Shown: piece by piece, positions 59,885 to 64,000 of the stretch | How positions within the stretch are numbered: position 1 is the stretch's first letter | How the letters are laid out: the number at the start of each line of letters is the position of its first letter | From: the human T2T-CHM13v2.0 reference genome, Homo sapiens | NCBI RefSeq assembly: GCF_009914755.1 | Contig: NC_060935.1 | Reading direction: 5' to 3' (one strand) | Length of the DNA stretch: 64,000 nucleotides | Made by a program: the position numbers and the translations under genes | Notes under the pieces: generated by a model | Databases searched by the model: none | The model's input: the letters and a program-made list of their open reading frames with translations, nothing else | What the model was told of the DNA's origin: nothing

Positions 59885-59977
59885 GACACTCAATCACTTG
59901 TCGGAAGTCCCTCAACCCGTATAGCACCTCATATTATTGGAGCAGAAGATGATGATTTTGGTACTGAACATGAACAG
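59885..59977 (+). CDS. ARHGEF12: ARHGEF12 exon 13, 93 nt, DTQSLVGSPSTRIAPHIIGAEDDDFGTEHEQ (acidic IIGAEDDDF motif of RGS-RhoGEFs)
   Basis: gccag|GACACT...GAACAG|gtgatg; overlaps ORF 59792..60046. Confidence 0.96.
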
Positions 59978-60259
59978 GTGATGACTTTTTTCTTTCTAAA
60001 AAATAGATTGTTACTTTCTGCAATATCTGATTTGTTGCAAAAATGAGCACGTTCTGGAGATTAAGATAACATTTGTAAGGATTTGAAGCTAAATCTTAGA
60101 ACCAATAGCTCCTTGGGTTAATTGCTTATTTTAGCTTTGACCAACAGAAATGACCTTGCTTTTAAAGCCAGTGAGAGATCATTAATATATGTTTAAGTAC
60201 TTCATTTTATTGGGGTTGAGTGTGTTTCTTAAAATAGTATTTTTAAAAAAAATTTCAAA

Positions 60260-60965
60260 TCCCAGTTCATTGGTGCTATAAAGGAATATGATTAGCTAGA
60301 TTCTTGTCCTTGTATCCTGTGATCTTGCTAAATTCACTTATTATTTCTTGGTGCTTTTAAAAATAAGTCTTTTGGAGTTTTCTACATAGATAAATATGTT
60401 GTCTATAGTTTTTATTTCCTTATTTTCAAGCTGTTTATCTTTTATTTCTTGTTCTTGCCTTTATTGCACTGGCTAGGACTTCCACTATGAGGTTGAATCA
60501 GAGTGACAAGACATGCTTGCCTTATTCCTGCTATTAGGGAGAAAACACTCAGTCTTTCATCATTAAGTATGATGTTAGCTATAAGTATTTTTTAGAGGCT
60601 CTTTATAAGGTTAAGGGTTATTAGGTTAAGGAATACTCCTGGTTTGCTGAGAGTTTTTATCATCACTGGATGTTGAATTTTGTGGAATGAGATTATTATG
60701 TGGTTTTTCTGATTGTCTATTAATATGGTAAGTTATGTTGATTGATATTAGAATATTAAACTAGTCTCGCATTCCTGGAATGAACCTCAGTTGGTCATGA
60801 TATGTTATCCCTTTTATATATTGTCGGTTTCAATTTGCCATATTTTACTGAGGATTTTTTACATCTTTGTTGATGAAGGATATTGGTGTGTTGTTTTTCT
60901 TTTTGTAATACCTTTGTCTGGTTTGATAGTTGGGGGTAATGCTGGTCTTTAGAATGATTTGGGAA
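60260..60965 (-). mobile_element. L1M ORF2 fragment
   Basis: ttattgcactggctaggacttcca, cattaagtatgatgttagct. Confidence 0.8.
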
Positions 60966-61462
60966 TATGAAAATTGTGATGCTAGTTTACATTATTATTG
61001 TTTTCTGTGTTCAGTATATTTAGGGATTATACAAATATTCTAGGATTTGTCTTACTTAAAATCATACAACTTCATTTCCCACCATTTCTGCAATTAGCCC
61101 AGAAGAAAAGGATAAACAGCTATTTTATGATTGGGCAAAAAGCCTTCCACTGCATTTCTAGAAATGTTAGACTGTTTTTTACATACTGATTTGTATACAT
61201 CCGAGCTACTTGATAATCGTCTCCTAAATTTCCGTTCTCCCACAGTGGTCTTTCTTCTAACCTATCCCCAAGAGGTGGTTAATGTTCACAGAAAGAGATT
61301 CCATAGCTTCTGTTGCTAATAAATTTTAGTGAAGTTTTTTAAATCTTGAATTTTTTATAGGGAGATCAAAGTGAAATTTGGATAGCTATGTTCAATTGAG
61401 CCTACTTTGCATTTAGTATTTGTATGTTGGAGTTACTGATGCATAATCATTTCTTCCTCTAG

Positions 61463-61573
61463 ATCAATGGACAGTGCAGCTGTTTCCAGAGCATTGAATT
61501 ACTAAAATCTCGCCCGGCTCATTTGGCTGTTTTCTTACACCATGTAGTTTCACAATTTGACCCTGCGACTTTG
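61463..61573 (+). CDS. ARHGEF12: ARHGEF12 exon 14, 111 nt, INGQCSCFQSIELLKSRPAHLAVFLHHVVSQFDPATL (RGS-like domain)
   Basis: ctctag|ATCAAT...ACTTTG|gtaata. Confidence 0.96.
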
Positions 61574-61859
61574 GTAATATATTTTACAATCTAGCAGATT
61601 CAGAGTTCTTCTGTTGATTCATGTGCCATAGAACTTTTCCTAGCTATACAACGAGTGGGCAGACTTCTTTCAGTTTTCCGTATAAAGACAGATACAAAAG
61701 ATAATTAAAACATTATTTTTAAAGACTTGGTTATATAGTAATAACTACATTGTTTATGGTGACCTACCTGTTCCAGACATTCCTACTCAATGGTGACCTA
61801 GCAAATTACATTTTTCATGGTTCCTCATTTTGTCTTTTTCATTCCTTTCTCCACTACAG

Positions 61860-61958
61860 CTCTGTTATCTCTATTCAGACCTGTATAAACATACCAATTC
61901 CAAAGAAACTCGTCGCATCTTCCTTGAGTTTCATCAGTTCTTTCTAGATCGATCAGCA
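61860..61958 (+). CDS. ARHGEF12: ARHGEF12 exon 15, 99 nt, LCYLYSDLYKHTNSKETRRIFLEFHQFFLDRSA (RGS-like domain)
   Basis: ctacag|CTCTGT...TCAGCA|gtaagt; overlaps ORF 61830..62135. Confidence 0.96.
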
Positions 61959-62166
61959 GTAAGTTGCCAAGTTAATGTTGTAATCTTTGCCTTAGTACAT
62001 GGAATTATTGTCCTCCTGCTTCCTATCTTCCCTCCCATGTTTTTGGATTTTACTGTGCTTTCTCACACCTGTATTATATTTCAATTATTGATTACTCTAG
62101 ACTTTTTTTTTTTTATCATTTCTAAAGTAGTTTAGGCATATGAATTCTCACAGTAGGTTTTAGGGG

Positions 62167-62168
<2 letters not shown>

Positions 62169-62220
<52 letters not shown>

Positions 62221-62240
62221 CACACACACACACACACATA
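62169..62240. repeat. Compound (TA)n(CA)n(TA)n(CA)n microsatellite
   Basis: directly visible. Confidence 0.97.
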
Positions 62241-62777
62241 TTTGTGTTTTTTGCATGTGCATAATTAGAGTGAGGAAATGAAAAAGGGAATACATATATA
62301 TTAAGACCCAAGGAATAATACTTGAATAACTGAACTCTGGGTGGCCTCTTTGAAGTTTGGAGGCATAATTTTAACTAAAAAGTGGCAGAAAAGATTTCAC
62401 TTACACTGAAATAAATGATGATAACGTTATATTTTGTCATTAAAAGTGTTAATAAGGTTTTTAAAGTAGTAAGTTTTATTATTAGTCTTGTTATGGGTAA
62501 ATAGCACCTAGCCCTTAATGCATACTGGATAATCATGCCGCAGGTCCCTAGTCCTTTCACATTTGCAGTTCCCTTAGACGACTGCCTCATGCTTTTTCCC
62601 TCCTAAAACCTCCATCACTTCCTTTCCTAGTCCTTTCTCAGCTGATAACCTTGACCTTATTGTTTCTCTGAGAAATTTAAAGTATATAGAAGAGAACTTC
62701 TACCAGATGTATCATCTGCCCTCATTATACCATACCATGTACTCTACTCTTTCTCCTGATGCTATGGAGTGACTGTC

Positions 62778-63075
62778 TTTTTTTTTTTTTTTTTTGAGAC
62801 AGAGTCTTGCTCTGTTGCCCAGGCTGGAGCACAGTGGCACGATTGCACCTCACTGGAAGCTCTGCCTCCTGGGCTCAAGTGATCCTCCTGCCTCAGCCTC
62901 CCAAGTAGCTGGGACTACAGGTGTACACCATCATGCCTGGCTAATTTTTGTATTTTGTAGAGCCGGGGTTTCGCCATGTTGCCCAGGCTGGTCTTGAACT
63001 CCTAGGCTCAAGCAATCTGCCTGCTTCATCCTCTCAAAGTGCTGCGATTACAGGCATGAGCCACCGCACCTGGCC
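62778..63075 (-). mobile_element. AluJ
   Basis: antisense Alu with polyT. Confidence 0.9.
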
Positions 63076-63466
63076 TTGATTGTCCATCTTTTATCCAAGG
63101 CCAGCTCTGCTCCAGTTTACAGTGTATTTCCTTATACCTACTCAAAGATCTTACTCTAACAATTATCCTCCCTTCTCCTGCATCATCGGTTTTATATTTT
63201 CTACAGATAATCATTCACATTAGTCTGCAAATGTTGTTATTTTCCCTTTCTAAAAACAAACACACATTTTGGCTCTACTTCTCCCTCCAACTCCTGCCCC
63301 GTTTTCTTTGTATGCCTTTACAAAATTGTCTGTACACTTTCACATTCAATTACCTACTCAGTGACTTTCCTAACCAACCTACTTAAAATCTCAACCCTTT
63401 CACTTTGTCACTTTTTCTATTATTTTTGTCCATAGAACTTTTATTTAGTTAGTTAGTTTGTTTACA

Positions 63467-63784
63467 CAGTCAGTCTTCTGTGCCTGCAGCTTCCACGAAT
63501 TCAACTAACCATGGTTGAAAATATTCAAGGAAAAAAACAAAAGCCAATACCACAATAAAAAATGAAACAATTTTTTAAAAATATAGTATAACAACTATTT
63601 GCATAGCGTTTACATTGTATTAGGTATTATAATTAATCTAGAGATTTAAAGTATACAGCAAGATGTGCATAGGTTATATGCAAATACAGTGCCATTTTGT
63701 ACAACGGACTTGAGAGTTCGCTGATTTTAGTATCCATGGGGGTTCCTAGAACCGGTACCCCATGTGGATATCAAGGGATGACTA
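63467..63784. mobile_element. Tigger3a/MER7-type TcMar MITE (second copy)
   Basis: same core as 56290-56580. Confidence 0.8.
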
Positions 63785-64000
63785 TATTCCTACTCTCCTA
63801 CCCTGAATATAAGTTTTATTAGGCCAGATATTTTTATTCTGTTTGTTCACTGCTGTGTCCCTAACACTGAACAGTTCCTGGGACATAGCGGGGTCACTTA
63901 AGTATGTGTTAAGTGAATTAGTGTTCTGATCCTACTCCCATTGTTTAAAATATTGTGTTATTTTTATTAAAATAATTTACTTTCCTAAAAAAATGACAAT

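Overview
Human (primate) genomic DNA, AT-rich and rich in Alu/L1, lying entirely inside ARHGEF12 (LARG, RGS-RhoGEF) on the + strand. The window holds the 3' part of intron 1 and 14 coding exons (canonical exons 2-15). These splice into one open frame: RFPLKKPIR... PDZ domain ... coiled coil ... start of the RGS-like domain (...FFLDRSA). Exon numbering and residue numbers rely on my recollection of the canonical protein; exon 1 is outside the window. The ORF track is almost entirely Alu/L1 noise. The strongest lead is a set of three ATG + splice-donor units hidden in introns: 5192-5246, 20999-21027 and 29737-29749. Their phases would give LARG different N-termini (MTVYFVVVAR-, MAKIR-, METSLL...-), and a possible 7-nt microexon would convert a uORF into an in-frame start. 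Also seen: a GC-AG intron inside the PDZ region, a template-switch-type 26-bp hairpin, composite AP-1/TEAD/NF-kB motif clusters, and the intron matching the known KMT2A-ARHGEF12 fusion point.
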